This document shows, piece after piece, positions 1 through 25,019 of a DNA stretch of 64,000 nt. The notes beneath the pieces were generated by a model. It was not told the DNA's origin. It saw only the letters and a list, made by a program, of their open reading frames with translations, and ran no database searches. Within the stretch, counting starts at the first letter, position 1, and each line of letters opens with the position of its first letter. Where the stretch lies: the NCBI GenBank assembly GCA_002269645.1, contig NIVC01002647.1, forward strand, positions 62,001 to 126,000, read 5' to 3'. This DNA comes from Macrostomum lignano (taxonomy: Eukaryota). Both the position numbers and the translations under genes were made by a program.

Positions 1-382
1 CTCGGAAAAGTAAAGCAGTCCCGCAAATTATAATTTTTAATACAGAAAAAACGATTGGAAAAGCATGAAAAAAATGTGAGATTTTTGTCTATCTCAATTT
101 TTCTTTTTTTTATCGATGCCTTTTATCAACTGCTTCTCTTAGTTCGACTTTTCTAATTCGATTTTATTTTCTTCGTACGCTCGTAGTAAAGCTTTTTTAT
201 AGTAGCAATAGATATAAATTTTGATAAAACATGCATTTGAGGCATTTATGAAGAATTAGCTCCTAAAAGGCAAGTTTCCTTTGAACTGAACATTGCGCGC
301 TTGAAATAAGCACCAAATATTTTTTGACAGTTCTAGCTCTTAATAGGATTGCTTTCTCCTGAGTTCCGTAATTTCCCTTCGG

Positions 383-1314
383 GAGAGAAGAGGAGAGAAA
401 GGAGAGGAGAGAGAGGAGAGAGGAGAGAAGAGAGAGGAGAGGAGAGAGAGGAGAGAAGAGAGAGGGGAGGAGAGAAAGGAGAGGAGAGAAAGGAGAGAAG
501 AGAGAGGGGAGAGGAGAGAAAGAGAGGAGAGGAGAGGAGAGAGAGGAGAAGAGAGAGAGGAGAGGAGAGGAGAGAGGAGAGAAGAGAGAGGAGAGAGGAG
601 AGAAGAGAGAGGAGAGAGGAGAGAAGAGAGAGGAGAGGAGAGAAAGGAGAGAAGAGAGAGGGGAGAGGAGAGGAGAGAGAGGAGAGGAGAGAGAGGAGAG
701 GAGAGAAAGGAGAGAAGAGAGAGGAGAGAGGAGAGGAGAGAAAGGAGAGGAGAGAAAGGAGAGAAGAGAGAGGGGAGAGGAGAGAAAGAGAGGAGAGGAG
801 AGGAGAGAGAGGAGAAGAGAGAGAGGAGAGGAGAGAGGAGAGGAGAGAAAGGAGAGAAGAGAAGAGGAGAGAGGAGAGGAGAGAAAGGAGAGGAGAGAAA
901 GGAGAGAAGAGAGAGGGGAGAGGAGAGAAAGAGAGGAGAGGAGAGGAGAGAGAGGAGAAGAGAGAGAGGAGAGGAGAGAGGAGAGGAGAGAAAGGAGAGA
1001 AGAGAAGAGGAGAGGAGAGAGAGGAGAGGAGAGGAGAGAGGGGAGAAGAGAGGAGAGGAGAGAGGAGAGAGAGGAGAGGAGAGAGAGAGGAGAGGAGAGA
1101 GAGGAGAGGAGAGAGAGGAGAGGAGAGAGAGGAGAGGAGAGAAAGAGAGGAGAGGAGAGAGAGGAGAGGAGAGGAGAGAAAGAGAGGAGAGAAGAGAGGA
1201 GAGAAGAGAGGAGAGAAAGAGAGGAGAGGAGAGAGGAGAGAGAGGAGAGAAGAGAGGAGAGAAGAGAGGAGAGGAGAGAGGAGAGAAGAGAGGAGAGGAG
1301 AGAGGAGAGAGAGG
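383..1314. repeat. Polypurine (GA/GGA) low-complexity tract, ~930 bp
   Basis: Nearly pure G/A run; the overlapping long ORFs (S/L/P and R/E/G rich) are artefacts. Confidence 0.97.
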
Positions 1315-1476
1315 ATGACACAAACCTCGAGCGGGCAGGATTGCTGTTTAAAAATTTTTAAAACGACCCGAGGGCCGGATAGAGAGGCAAATTCGCGGGC
1401 CGGAGTCTGCCGACCCCTGCGGCATACACATTGAGCACTCCCAAAGTCTCTGAGCAGCCGCCCCCAACCCGCACAG

Positions 1477-12021
<10,545 letters not shown>

Positions 12022-13319
12022 TGCTAATTAATTTTTATGATTGCCTTTAAAAAGTTTGAGCTTGCCTATTTGTAATTTAAAAGTTGTCAACATTCTACTT
12101 CACTTAAAGAAAGTACTTACTACTTGCTAATATCAGTAAATCAGTAGTGTACAACTAATTTAATTTTAGATTTTGTTGGCCTTATACAAGTTGTAAAGAT
12201 TAACATTCAAAAGTCTAAACTCTCAAAATAAATTTTGCGCCTTATAATATAATACGAGTGTATGAAAGTTTTTCGTACTTTGTTTCTTAAATGGCAAAAT
12301 TTTCTCAACAGATTTTTTTATATAAATAAGAGTTTTCATTTTTATATGTATAGATTCATATGCACGCAGCTTTTGGATTTTCTTCTTAACTACTGTTGGT
12401 TGATGTCGGTTTGTTTGTTTTAAGTATGTACTAAGTTTTTATATTACCAAGTCGTTTGTTTATATAGATGACATGTCGATAGTGTGTCTACAAGTATGCC
12501 TGTCTGTCTTTATAATTTCTTCAAGCTTTATTTTAAAAAAACTTTGCCGCGCTTTCTCTGCCTGTGAGATGTAAATTATGACCGATGCTTATTTATAATC
12601 TATTGAGATGCCATCCAAAGCCATACCAAGTGCTGCTCAACATTTAATTTCATTTCTAGTTGGATTTTGCCTTGGAGAAAAAATCTGCTAATTTTTCTAT
12701 TTTATGATAAAAAACTTTTATTAATGTATAAATTATAAACTTCTGTACAAAATGAGCTAATTACGAGCCGCGTAAAATAGATTTTTTGGTTCAGAGCCAT
12801 CTACGAGCTATATTTTTTATAGATTCTCTACAGAGTTAGATAGCTATTTCTTTTGAATTTTAAAAATACTTTTTTTGTTAAACTGATTGGCTTGCTATAT
12901 TCGATTATTAAGTTAATCGTTACTGTAATTCATATTTTTCCGTTCATGACTTTCTAGATAGTACTTTATGCTGATGTGTCTGACTTTAATTGAATTATAA
13001 TAGAACCCGATGCAAGATCTTTTATTTGTTTTGAATTTAAAACAGATTACGTGAATAGTTTAATTTGAAAGTTGATAACAGGAATTCTGTAAATTTTATT
13101 TCTATAAAATCCACCAGTCAACTCGTAAGATGAGAACTTTGGGATTTATTTAAAAGAGAGTCGGCCAGATATTAATCAATCACTCTGGCCCACAGGAGTT
13201 GGCGGTCCGCTGCCCTGGGTTTCCCTGAGTCCATTCACTGAGTTGCTAATCAATCACGTGCTCCAAGCGCTTAGGGGCGTCCCGTTCCTACATACAGTAC
13301 ATTTTTTTACATTTACTGT

Positions 13320-14078
<759 letters not shown>

Positions 14079-14749
14079 TAACTATCCTTCTATCTTCCTA
14101 ACTTATAATGAATCACTACTTCAGATGGGGAAGTTCCAACTTCGCAAAAGCCCAGTCTTACACAAAGCAAATCTTCATAGTTGAGGTTTCAAGACCCCCC
14201 ATGCGGAAGTTGTGTCATTAATAACATTAATTATGCAGCAATATTAATGAGCTCGGGCCACACAAGCAGCTTCCAAAATAAGCAGCGGGGACATTGAGAA
14301 TATGGGCAGTCAGCAAAAGCAATTCCTGCCGAATTGCAATCAGTCCGCTGGCGCCAGTGACAGCTGGGCGATCCATCAGGACAGACTGCGACAGTCAGTG
14401 CAAAAATAGCCAATGGGTTGGCTGTGCAGTGAGCCGTGAGACAGCGGCAATATTCTATTCATTCACGCCACGGCTGCAAGTTTGACTTCTCTAAGCTACT
14501 ATTAATAATCTTATTTCCCAATATGCTTGTCATTAGTGTTAGGGTTTCTATGCGGCACAATTGGGTAGGTATTTGAGCCGAAGAGAAAGATAGATATTAA
14601 GCTAGCTCAATAAGCGGTTGATGAGGGCTTAAGCCTGGTGCACAGAAAATATACATGAATAAGCAATATTCATTGAGCCCATATAGTACATCGAATGTTT
14701 CATTAATGAAACTTATGGTGCAAGGTGGACGTTGTACGGCCAAAGTACG

Positions 14750-15720
14750 GCCAAACAGACACAGGCAGAAACTTAGACAGTCGCATACAGGGAGATAGAA
14801 AGACACAGACAGACAAACAGACAGAAAGGAGTCAGAAAGACACACACAGTCAGAAAGAAACGCAGAGTCAGAAAGACGCACATAGGGGCAGAAAGACACG
14901 CAGAAAGACGCACACAGGGGCAGAAAGACACGCAGAAAGACGCACACAGGGGCAGAAAGACACGCAGAAAGACGCACACAGGGGCAGAAAGACACGCAGA
15001 AAGACGCACACAGGGGCAGAAAGACACGCAGAAAGACGCACACAGGGGCAGAAAGACACGCAGAAAGACGCACACAGGGGCAGAAAGACACGCAGAAAGA
15101 CGCACACAGGGGCAGAAAGACACGCAGAAAGACGCACACAGAGTCAGAAAGACACACACACAGAGTCAGAAAAACACACACACAGAGTCAGAAAGACGCA
15201 CACAGAGTCAGAAAGAAACGCAGAGTCAGAAAGACACACACAGGGGCAGAAAGACACACATAGGGGCAGAAAGACACGCAGAAAGACACACACACAGAGT
15301 CAGAAAGACACACACAAACTCAGAAAGACGCACACGAGTCAGAAAGACGCACACAGAGTCATAAAGACACACACATAGAGTCAGAAAGACACACACAGTC
15401 AGAAAGAAACGCAGAGTCAGAAAGACACACACAGGGGCAGAAAGATACGTAAAAAGACACATACAGAGTCAGAAAGACAGACAGACACATAAAAAGACAC
15501 AGACAGAAGCAGAAAGACGCACACAGAGTCAGAAAGAAACGCAGAGTCAGAAAGACGCACACAGGGGCAGAAAGACACACATAGGGGCAGAAAGACACGC
15601 AGAAAGACGCACACAGAGTCAGAAAGACAGACAGACACATAAAAAGACACAGACAGAAGCAGAAACGGACACAGAAACACAAAAAAGACACGCTGTATGT
15701 TCTTGGAGACAGACACACAC
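14750..15720. repeat. Complex CAGAAAGACAC minisatellite with 32-bp core unit
   Basis: GCACACAGGGGCAGAAAGACACGCAGAAAGAC at 32-bp spacing (14911, 14943...), with degenerate flanks. Confidence 0.9.
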
Positions 15721-15974
15721 ATTGGCGCACAAGAAATAAATGCAGTTGATTGGTTGCTGGGACAGGATTTCCTATCTGATTGGCTATAGCGAGACTGGTT
15801 ATACTAGCTAGGACTATATGAAGCTGGGCTGTTTGAGGGCAGCTGCATCTGGAAGATTTGGCTACTTTGACAGGAATCACTTTCGGTCAAGTAGCTGCAG
15901 CAACCAGCCAAGCAAGCTTGATCGAAACAAACCCAAGAAGCGTCACCAATCCACCTGCAGTAAGCGTCTCCACA

Positions 15975-16448
15975 ATGGCGAATCGAGCCGCGCCCAACGA
16001 GCTGGACGCGGAGACCATCGGCTTCCTGATGGAGGCGAGTCGGCTGAGCGCTGACGAGCTGCGACTCCGCTACGCCGAGTTCAAGGAGATGCAGCCGGAG
16101 GGCCGCACCTCGGACTTCATGGCGTTCATCGCCCGTGGCCAGAGCTCCAATGCGAGGCTGCGCAAACAGGCGCAGCAGTTCTTCGACCTGTTCGACAGCA
16201 ACCACGACCGGAGCATCTCCAAGGACGAAGTGCTCAGCGTGATGCACACCGTCTTTCAGACGGCTCGCGACCGAGGAGTTCAGCTCAACAAGAGCCCGGA
16301 GGCCGTCTGCGACGAGTTCTTCAAGAAACTGGACGCCGACGGTAACAGCGAGATCTCCGAGGACGAATTTGTTCAAGGCGTCCTGACCGACCCGGACCTG
16401 CTTAAAATTCTGCAGAACCCGGAGGTGATGAACACTCTGATGGGCTAG
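15975..16448 (+). CDS. Neuronal calcium sensor (neurocalcin/hippocalcin/recoverin)-like EF-hand protein, 157 aa, intronless, one EF-hand unit shorter than canonical
   Basis: ATG at 15975 (CACAATGG), GC-rich codons, stop TAG ending at 16448. Two canonical loops DSNHDRSISKDE and DADGNSEISEDE. NCS-type pseudo-EF1 (L..L....ELRLRYAEFKEMQPEG) and C-terminal ..DPDLLKILQ. AATAAA at 17428. Confidence 0.85.
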   Translation: MANRAAPNELDAETIGFLMEASRLSADELRLRYAEFKEMQPEGRTSDFMAFIARGQSSNARLRKQAQQFFDLFDSNHDRSISKDEVLSVMHTVFQTARDRGVQLNKSPEAVCDEFFKKLDADGNSEISEDEFVQGVLTDPDLLKILQNPEVMNTLMG

Positions 16449-16587
16449 GGGCTCCGGCTACGTGGCTAGGGCATCCCTGTGCAACCCACGCTATAAGAAC
16501 TGCAAGCATTTCTACTGCGCTAACTCTTTGGTTAGACTTTCTCGGACAGGTAACTACCTGAGGCTGAGGGCAGGGTCTCCGAAAAGG

Positions 16588-17160
16588 GCATGACTTCTCT
16601 GAAAGATCATGACATGACTTCTCTGAAAGATCATGACATGACTTCTCTGAAAGATCATGACATGACTTCTCTGAAAGAGCATACCATGACTTCTCTGAAA
16701 GAGCACACCATGACTTCTCTGAAAGAGCATACCATGACTTCTCTGAAAGAGCACACCATGACTTCTCTGAAAGAGCACACCATGACTTCTCTGAAAGAGC
16801 ATACCATGACTTCTCTGAAAGAGCATACCATGACTTCTCTGAAAGAGCATACCATGACTTCTCTGAAAGAGCACACCATGACTTCTCTTGAAGGAGCACA
16901 CCATGACTTCTCTGAAAGAGAACACCATGACTTCTCTGAAAGAGAACACCATGACTTCTCTGAAAGAGCACACCATGACTTCTCTGAAAGAGCACACCAT
17001 GACTTCTCTGAAAGAGCACACCATGACTTCTCTGAAAGAGAACACCATGACTTCTCTGAAAGAGAACACCATGACTTCTGTGAATGATCATGGCATGACT
17101 TCTCTGAAAGACCATGGCATGACTTCTCTGAAAGATCATGGCATGACTTTTCTGAGAGCA
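16588..17160. repeat. 24-bp minisatellite CATGACTTCTCTGAAAGAGCACAC
   Basis: Tandem copies ~140 nt downstream of the EF-hand gene stop codon. Confidence 0.95.
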
Positions 17161-17804
17161 TGGCATCCCATCTCAGAAATATGAATAGAATACACAAATG
17201 CCAGGGATATTTCATCATCACTGACATGCAAGCCTCAAGCGTTCATCAAACACTGTAGAAATTTGACTGCTTAAAGCTGGCATTGTGCCGGCAAAATGCT
17301 TCATTCCCTTTGCTAGATTTTATCTGAGCAACGTTATTGTCTCAAATATGCGTTATCCTGCACCATGTATTATTTGTATAATTGCGATGCATTGGAATCT
17401 CAGAATCTTTAATTACTTGGAATTATCAATAAACAAATAAAAGGAGGACGCTGTTAAAATGCTATTATGTAACTGATCGCGAGTGACACATCGAGCTATT
17501 AGGTAGCTGCTTATAAAAGTTTTCTGAATTTAGTCATTGTATTTTAGCATCTTTATACACACCGTATAGGTGTCATGCGCTATTTGCAGACTAGAAAATT
17601 TCTGGGAATTACGGTTGTCTAAAATACTGACGGAACTAACAGAAAGGGAATTTTAAAATTACATTTTGAAAAAAGAAATTCTGAAAGAATTGACGATGTC
17701 AGAACCAGAATAAAACAGCAATTACTCCGTATGGAGATCAAAGAGAACTAAAAGATAAGAAAAAGAAGACAGTAGGCAAAAACCAGGAGATAAAAAGTTA
17801 GACA

Positions 17805-17986
<182 letters not shown>

Positions 17987-19410
17987 GAGATGACAGATAA
18001 GAAAGACAAGAAAGATGAGAGAGAACAGAGACATAAGTGAGATGAGTAACAATAGATAAGAGACATAAGAAAGATGAGATGGATACGAGGGACATAAGAG
18101 TTAAGTGAGATGAAAGAGATGAGAGAGACAGACAGATAAGAGAGATGAGAGCAGAGGGATGAAGTGCGGATAGATTGGCATGTTTGTAGGCGACAAAGAG
18201 TTAAGACAAATATGAGGGGTAGGATAGACAGGAGATTAGATAAAAGATTGGGGATGGCTAACGAGGCTGAGGAGAACAGAAGAGCAGAGACTGGCCAACG
18301 CTAAGCGGAGATGAGCTTGTCAGATAGATAGCAAGTCCTATTCATTCGCTGCCTCCATTCTTCATTACAGCCTGACAGCCATAGCAAAGAGGTAATTATA
18401 GACAGTGTAATAGTGTATATGCCTACATGAGAACTATTCATCGGCTCACAATGACACGAAAAATCTGCGTTAGAGACTACCGAGCCCATTGGGTAGAAAC
18501 AGATTGCGGTCGATACGAAACAGCCGTCCTAAGCCGGGCCCTTGGAGACAGGGGCCTGGACCGTGACGATTAGCAATAGTTAAATTCGATAGACTTCATA
18601 GCGACCCCAATCTCTCATCTCTCGCTTTCTATCTCTCCCAATGGGATTTCGCCGCGTGGATGAGGTAAGGCGGGGCGTGGCCTGTCCACGCCGATTGTGC
18701 CACCCTGTCCCCCCCCCCCCCACCCGACTGGGACCTTCGCCGCGCGCGTCAATTGATTTTGTTGCAGTTGCGGGGTCGCCCGCGCGTGGAGAGACGCTGG
18801 GATCCGGTGGGATGGTGAGACAGGGGGGGGGGGTTTAGTTTGTCGGAAGCACGGCTAGCTATAGCCGTATAGGGAAATATTGGAATCCACTGCAGCAGTT
18901 AAGGCAACGGTTAGCTTGTTAATCCTCTGTCTGGTAGCCTTGGGGGTATTGTGACGCACTTTGAATCACCGGCTAAGGATTATTGGGATTGGGATGGGCG
19001 CCATATACTCTATGATAGCCTCGAGTGAAACTAGGTCACTGCAGTTCACCATAGTATTGCACTAGCAATCCGCAACCGTTTTCAACAGCAGTCAGCAGCT
19101 GGTTGCGTGCAAATGGCTTGGACTGAATCGGTGCCAGCGTCTTGTCGGCTGTTTTCTGTGTTTTTTTCTCTCGCTTTGAGAGTCGATCGGATTGGCAAAG
19201 TGGATTTGTCGTGTTTCTGTTTTTTTGCAAAAGAAATATATCAAGTTTTAAGGCCATCTAGACAGAGGTAGTTACATACAAGTACGTTCGTACCCCGTGC
19301 GCGCAGGCTTAGCTTCTTATCTGGGCTGGCTGGGCTAGGCTTGGTTGATACAAAGCCTGAAGGCAATAAAAAATGAAGCAATAAACCTTTATTGTATCCG
19401 TATCGTCTGG

Positions 19411-19700
19411 GCCCAGACTAAACCTGATGGTTCACTACAACACTGGCGGTAAGATAAGCAGCACTCTTATCTTAGACCCAACTATAGGCCCAGACTAAAC
19501 TTGATGACTCACCACAACACTGGCGGTAAGATAAGCAGCACTCTTATCTTAGACCCAACTATAGGCCCAGACAAAACTTGATGACTCACCACAACACTGG
19601 CGGTAAGATAAGCAGCACTCTTATCTTAGACCCACTACGCCCAAACTAAATTTGATGACTCATCGTAGCACCGGCGGTAAGATGTTTATCTTAGCCCTAA
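19411..19700. repeat. ~77-bp tandem repeat (3 good copies plus a degenerate one) with internal palindrome TAAGATAAG-N7-CTTATCTTA
   Basis: Copies begin near 19411, 19488 and 19565. Confidence 0.88.
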
Positions 19701-22700
19701 CGAGGCCCATGACTCATCGCAGTGGTGGCAGTAAAGGACAGCCGGATAGGAAGGAACCGGATTTGAACCTGGTCAGATCCTGTGCTTGCTAACTCGGACC
19801 TAAATTTGATCATAGCTATTAACTACTTGACTAGAAGCGTGAATGTCTGTGAATATTGGCCCTACTAGCCTGAGAGATTTTCTGGACCACTTCAGGGGGC
19901 AGCTACGCACCTGCGTAAAAATCGAGAGCCATCCCTCAAGCGGCCTGACGCGCACCTATTTAATATGCGGCGGGGGCGAGGGGATCGGGTCTGTGACGCT
20001 AATTGATGGCACCAGGTGGTTGCTGGGCAAACAGAAATCCTGTGGAGTGCAATTGAAGAATTTCTGGAGGATTTGACGAAAAAAATTCAATGCATTCCAG
20101 GCCTCTACAGCCGCGAGAAATCCACCTGCGCTTCGCTTGCGCCGGAAAGTGGCTTTAATGAAAGGATTTCCAGCACCTAAACCTTTGCATGAAGAAAAAA
20201 TGTTTCAAATCCAGTGAAAAATTTCTTATAAATTGAACTGAATTTAGAACTTACGTTTTATTTATGAATTATAATAATAATTAATAACCGATAACGCGAC
20301 CTCTACAAACGACCGCAAACTGTCGGGAACTTCAAGTGCAGGCAAAACGGCTCTGACAGTTGGGCTTTCACGCACTCCTTTGATAACCGCTGTGCTCAAT
20401 AAAATATATAATAACGCTACTTTTGAGTGGCCCTCTTCATAAAATGATTGAGAGCAATGAAGACTGCTGCTTTATAAGTCCTGCCGTGATCATCTTCAGA
20501 ACAGCAGCGGGAAAAGCTTCTCAGCTTTCAGCAATGGGAAAGGCTCTCCCCTCTCTCGGTTCACTCACCCTGCATTGCCGGCTGGCCTCTAAAACTGCTT
20601 TCGATTGAAGAGTCCAATCAATTTTTCTATTCTCTCGTCCCCGTCTGCTTTCAGGCGGGGGCAGCAGCAGACTGGAGTGGCGCAAAGTGCTGCGCGCAGC
20701 CTCGCAACGCCCAATGGCTTGGAATGAAGTGCGGATTCAGAGATTCTAAGCTAAGTGCTTGGATGGGCGAGCGGGCGAGCGAGTGGCTGAACGATTGAAC
20801 GGCTGGAGAGTGGCGACTGCGGGGTGAAGCTTTTGAAGGCTCAGAGCAGATCAGCAGGGCAGTCTGGCAGTTAATCAGTGCCCAAGTCTAGCTGTCTTAG
20901 TCAGATATTAGAAACCTGACGAAGGCGCATCAGACATTTGAATAGCAAAATTTTACGCTAGTATTGCGTTAAGTGAGTATACGTGACGCTGACGTTCACA
21001 ATTTCTAACAGCTCAGGTCACCTCAAATTGAATTTTAGTTTACGCTTTGCTAGGGAGGTGGCAGGTGGGGTAGCGGCAGCTGACTGACTCACTGGGGAGG
21101 GGGTAGCGGCAGCTGACTGACTAGAACTCCAAGATTCCAATAGCCTAGAACAATAAATGACATGCTAATTGGTAGAATTAAACTGAATAAAACTTTCCCA
21201 TACATGCAAGCGATTGACAATTCGCATGCAGACGAAACAAAATGATGAAGAAAAAGTTCTCAACTGCCGGGAACTGTGCCAGATTGGGGAACCGGCTTAC
21301 GACACGGTCGGTCACGCAATGGGAGTGGTGAGGCAGAGTATCTATCAATCACACAAGCTTTTTGCATTTTATGCATTCGATTCGGTTGCAATCCTACTTT
21401 TTGTTCCATTTTGTTTTGCTGCCGAAGAAGTGTTTTTCTGTGATTAAAACCGGATAAAATTACAAGTATTCGATCAGGCCCCAATCGATTATCTGTAACG
21501 ATTGTCAATAGTTCAGCCTATAGTGTCCTCAAATACTGTCTCTCAAATTTCGCCAGCCAATCTGCACTTTCTTCGAACCATTGCTGCATGACGAATTGAC
21601 GAGTTTCTTTAATCGGTTTTTCTCCAACTTTTTTGCTCTGCGTGGCTGCTCCAAGCACAGGGCAAACAGGCGCTCCAAGTGGATGGGATGGGAAGGCAAA
21701 ACCCGGCCGTGAAAGACAGGCTCGCTATATGCAGGTCCCACAGTCACGCCACTTCTGCGAGAGCTCAGAAATCAGGACTGGCGTTAGTTTGAGTCACTAT
21801 ATACTACTAAGCCTTTAGTACGGGTCCTCCATTGGTAAATGTCAATAACATTGCATCGAAAACAGCATACGCAATGATGAGGCGTTCCAGCTGCAGTGTG
21901 GCGCCGTTCGAGAATTTATTTTTATTAACTTCCCGAGCAGTCCTTGGTTGCCTGCATCCTGCCAGCCCGGTAGCCGGGCCCTTCCTGACGATTCTGAAAA
22001 AATCCTTAGCGTGCCCACTGGGAGAGGAAATTTCATGGGTTGCGGTGGGCCAGCAGCGCGATAGAGGCCGATGAGTGACAGATTGAATCGCTGCGGGAGT
22101 CCAGCCAGAGACAGGGAATCAGGCAGTGATGAGGGAGGGGGATCTTGAAGGGTTTCGTATCATTAGGCGTACATGCAGCTATCATGATAGGTAATTGGCA
22201 CGATCAAAGCTCAATCAACATGGGAGGCTGAAGTTTTTAGGATTCGAGCAAGCGAAGCGTTTAAAACGGAAGAGTTCTTTCGGGAACTTTCAGCAGAGGA
22301 TTTTAGAGGTCCCCTCCGTGAACTGAGAGCATTTGTTTTTAGCGTCAAGCTACTGAGTGAAGAACTGTTAATCTGCAGAGTACTATACACAGTGCCGTCT
22401 TCTCTCGCGGTCAATCTACTCTATTGATTCCCATCTGTTAAGCCTCTCTAGCCTCGTAAGCATATTATAGATCCTTTGTTTCCCTGGGGAAGGGGATCAT
22501 GCAGTGAGGCGGAGGAGTGGCTCACACAACTACTCAGCTGGGTGAATATTGTAAAAAGCACTGCCGGCATGTATTATGGTGCGCCATTGGGCGAGTGATC
22601 GAGCCAGCATAATTCCAATTTCCTCCTCTAAATGGGAGCCAATTCCATTTTTTCTCCTTCCCTGCTCTCGCGCGTTTCTGTGGTTTCGTTTCCGCTTCTA

Positions 22701-23794
22701 AGGCTGGTCGGTTGGCGTCAAAAAATGAGAAGATCCGAGGCAGAAGGGGGGGGCGTAGCACGGAGGTCCGATCACTAGCGAAGACTAATACTGCTGGGAC
22801 TGCGCGGCGCTCAATGCAATTCAGATCCAATTTCCCAATCGAAAATGCCCCGTTACCGGGGTATGTTTTGCGTATGCAATGCAAGGACCACTATAAGTTA
22901 CCACTGTATCTTTTCGTTCATACACGTTGATACAACGGGTAACTTCTAGTGGTCCTTGATGCAATGCAGAACATGTTTCCTCCTGCATGCGGTGTTGTTT
23001 CCCCAGGGCTGTGCAACGGTACGAATACCAAACTGATGGGTGATTTTTTCTACCTTACAGGAGAAGGAAGCATAATTAATGATTAGGTTTATTCGAGTAT
23101 TTTAGTGTGCCTTGCCAGAAGAGGCATTTTCAGTATTTGAGTATACAAGATCGTAAGATGTGCCAATGCCAAACTATGCAAGGTAACAACCAGTACTGTC
23201 ACAAGCCCAGATTATTTGTTAAAAACACAGTGCACAGGATTTTTTTTACAAAATAAACTTCTTTCAATGACGTAAATAATTATTGCAAACAATCTTTAAC
23301 GCTTGCTGCTTGACGCAATGATAGGGTGTCAGCCTCATGGGACTTACGGACAGGGGTTGGGTATATGGCAAATTCAATGCATATGCTGAGCTCCATGGAA
23401 GTTAAAATAAGGCAGCCGAATGAACTATATTTGCTATAACCTCGAACAGCACGAAAAGTAAACACAACAGAAACAACGACAGACAGTCAGGCGTGCTCAT
23501 CTCCTCTAAACCGTTCCTTCCTGGACTGTCTTACATTTTAAGAAGCATATTTGCTTCGCAGTATGTGACACGCATTTTTTATGTCAAATTTACGATAGGC
23601 GAAAATTCAGTCTGACATGACAGATTCTGCAGAAGTCTGTTAACCAAAAGGATTTCTGCTTGAAAATACGAGTACTAAGGCACTTTATTTAATAACAGAT
23701 TTTTCATAAGTCTATTGAATTAAACAAGGTGCTACAGCAGCTACACCAAAAACCAGATTTGCCTCATGTTAAGCTGAAGGAGGTGCTACTTATG

Positions 23795-24190
23795 ATCAAC
23801 ATGGATTGGGTCATATGCTGAATATGCTACTTATACTCACCATGGACTGGGTCATATGCCAAGCTGAATATGCTACTTATACTCAACATGGACTGGGTCA
23901 TATGCCAAACTGAATATGCTACTTATACTCAGCATGGACTGGGTCATATGCCAAGCTGAATATGCTACTTATACTCAGCATGGACTGGGTCATATGCCAA
24001 GCTGAATATGCTACTTATACTCAGCATGGACTGGGTCATATGCCAAACTGAATATGCTACTTATACTCAACACGGACTGGGTAATAAGCCAAGCTGAATA
24101 TGCTACTTATACCCAGCATACATAAACTGAGTCATATGCTGAATATGCTACCTTCTTATACTCAACATTGACTGGGTCATATGCCAAGGA
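23795..24190. repeat. 46-bp minisatellite AAGCTGAATATGCTACTTATACTCAGCATGGACTGGGTCATATGCC
   Basis: About 8 copies at 46-bp spacing (23861, 23907...). Confidence 0.92.
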
Positions 24191-24247
24191 GTTCTAATGT
24201 CAGAAATAATTCTTGTTAAACGATCGTAAGCTTTGACTTGCAACTTC

Positions 24248-24870
24248 TCAATTAGCACAGAAAGCTTCTAGTTGTTTCAGTTCGTCAATCGACAGAGCCT
24301 CGTTGGCTACAGCGTAGCAGACGAATCGACCTTTGAAAGCGTTTGACTGAACGCTGCTGTAGCCAAGGCGTAGGCAACGCGGCGGGCCAGAGTAAAGACG
24401 CGTTTTCCAATTCAGCGTGCAGGAATGAGCCGCGGAAAAATAGATGGCTAAGACTGCTGCTATTGAACACAGCACCAGCTGACACCATCTGATTATCCAG
24501 ATTCAAACTGCGCATCAGGGCATCGGCCTTGTAAGCTACAATGCTCTCCGAACCATTCAGACTGGAGGAGAACGGATGGACAATAAGCAACCGCTTGTCG
24601 TCGTAGGATAACTCGCCTACGCAATCCTTTGAGTAGCAATCGTACAAACAGTGACAGGTGGACCGATCGCTATCGCGATACAGAGCGGCGTAGAAGGTAA
24701 ATTGCTTCAGCCGGCTCAGATAAGTTGCCGCATTTCCATCGGTGGAAACTTCGATGAAATCATCCATGCTTCCTGTCGGAAAAATTGCACCCAGTTTGTT
24801 TCTGCTGACAGATCCCTGAGGAACGGCGGAGACCCTGCCCAGATTGCCCAAGTTCTTGAAGCGTGTCTAA
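24248..24870 (-). other. Candidate coding fragments of an unidentified Cys-containing, possibly secreted (lectin/PAN-like?) protein
   Basis: Two overlapping open frames in unique sequence. One starts after a TTTTAG acceptor (~24869) and contains TCHCLYDCYSKDC. The other has a hydrophobic LCSIAAVLAIYFSAAHS stretch followed by C-x3-W-x10-C. No full gene model was obtained. Confidence 0.25.
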
Positions 24871-25019
24871 AATCAAGGAATAAATCCAGCTTGGACTGGA
24901 GAGAAAAACTCAGGTTTGATGTCGCATGTATAGTCTCATGTCTCATGTATATTCTAATGCCTCATGTATATTCAGTAGGTATGCAGAGAGCGAGAGAGAA
25001 ATCCTTCTGTAAAGCTCCC

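Noticed and set aside
263-1434. 350-aa ORFs on both strands
   Set aside because: Translations of a GA-only tract; no codon structure.
18703-18836. C-run and G-run that could pair
   Set aside because: Only homopolymer complementarity; the flanks are not inverted repeats.
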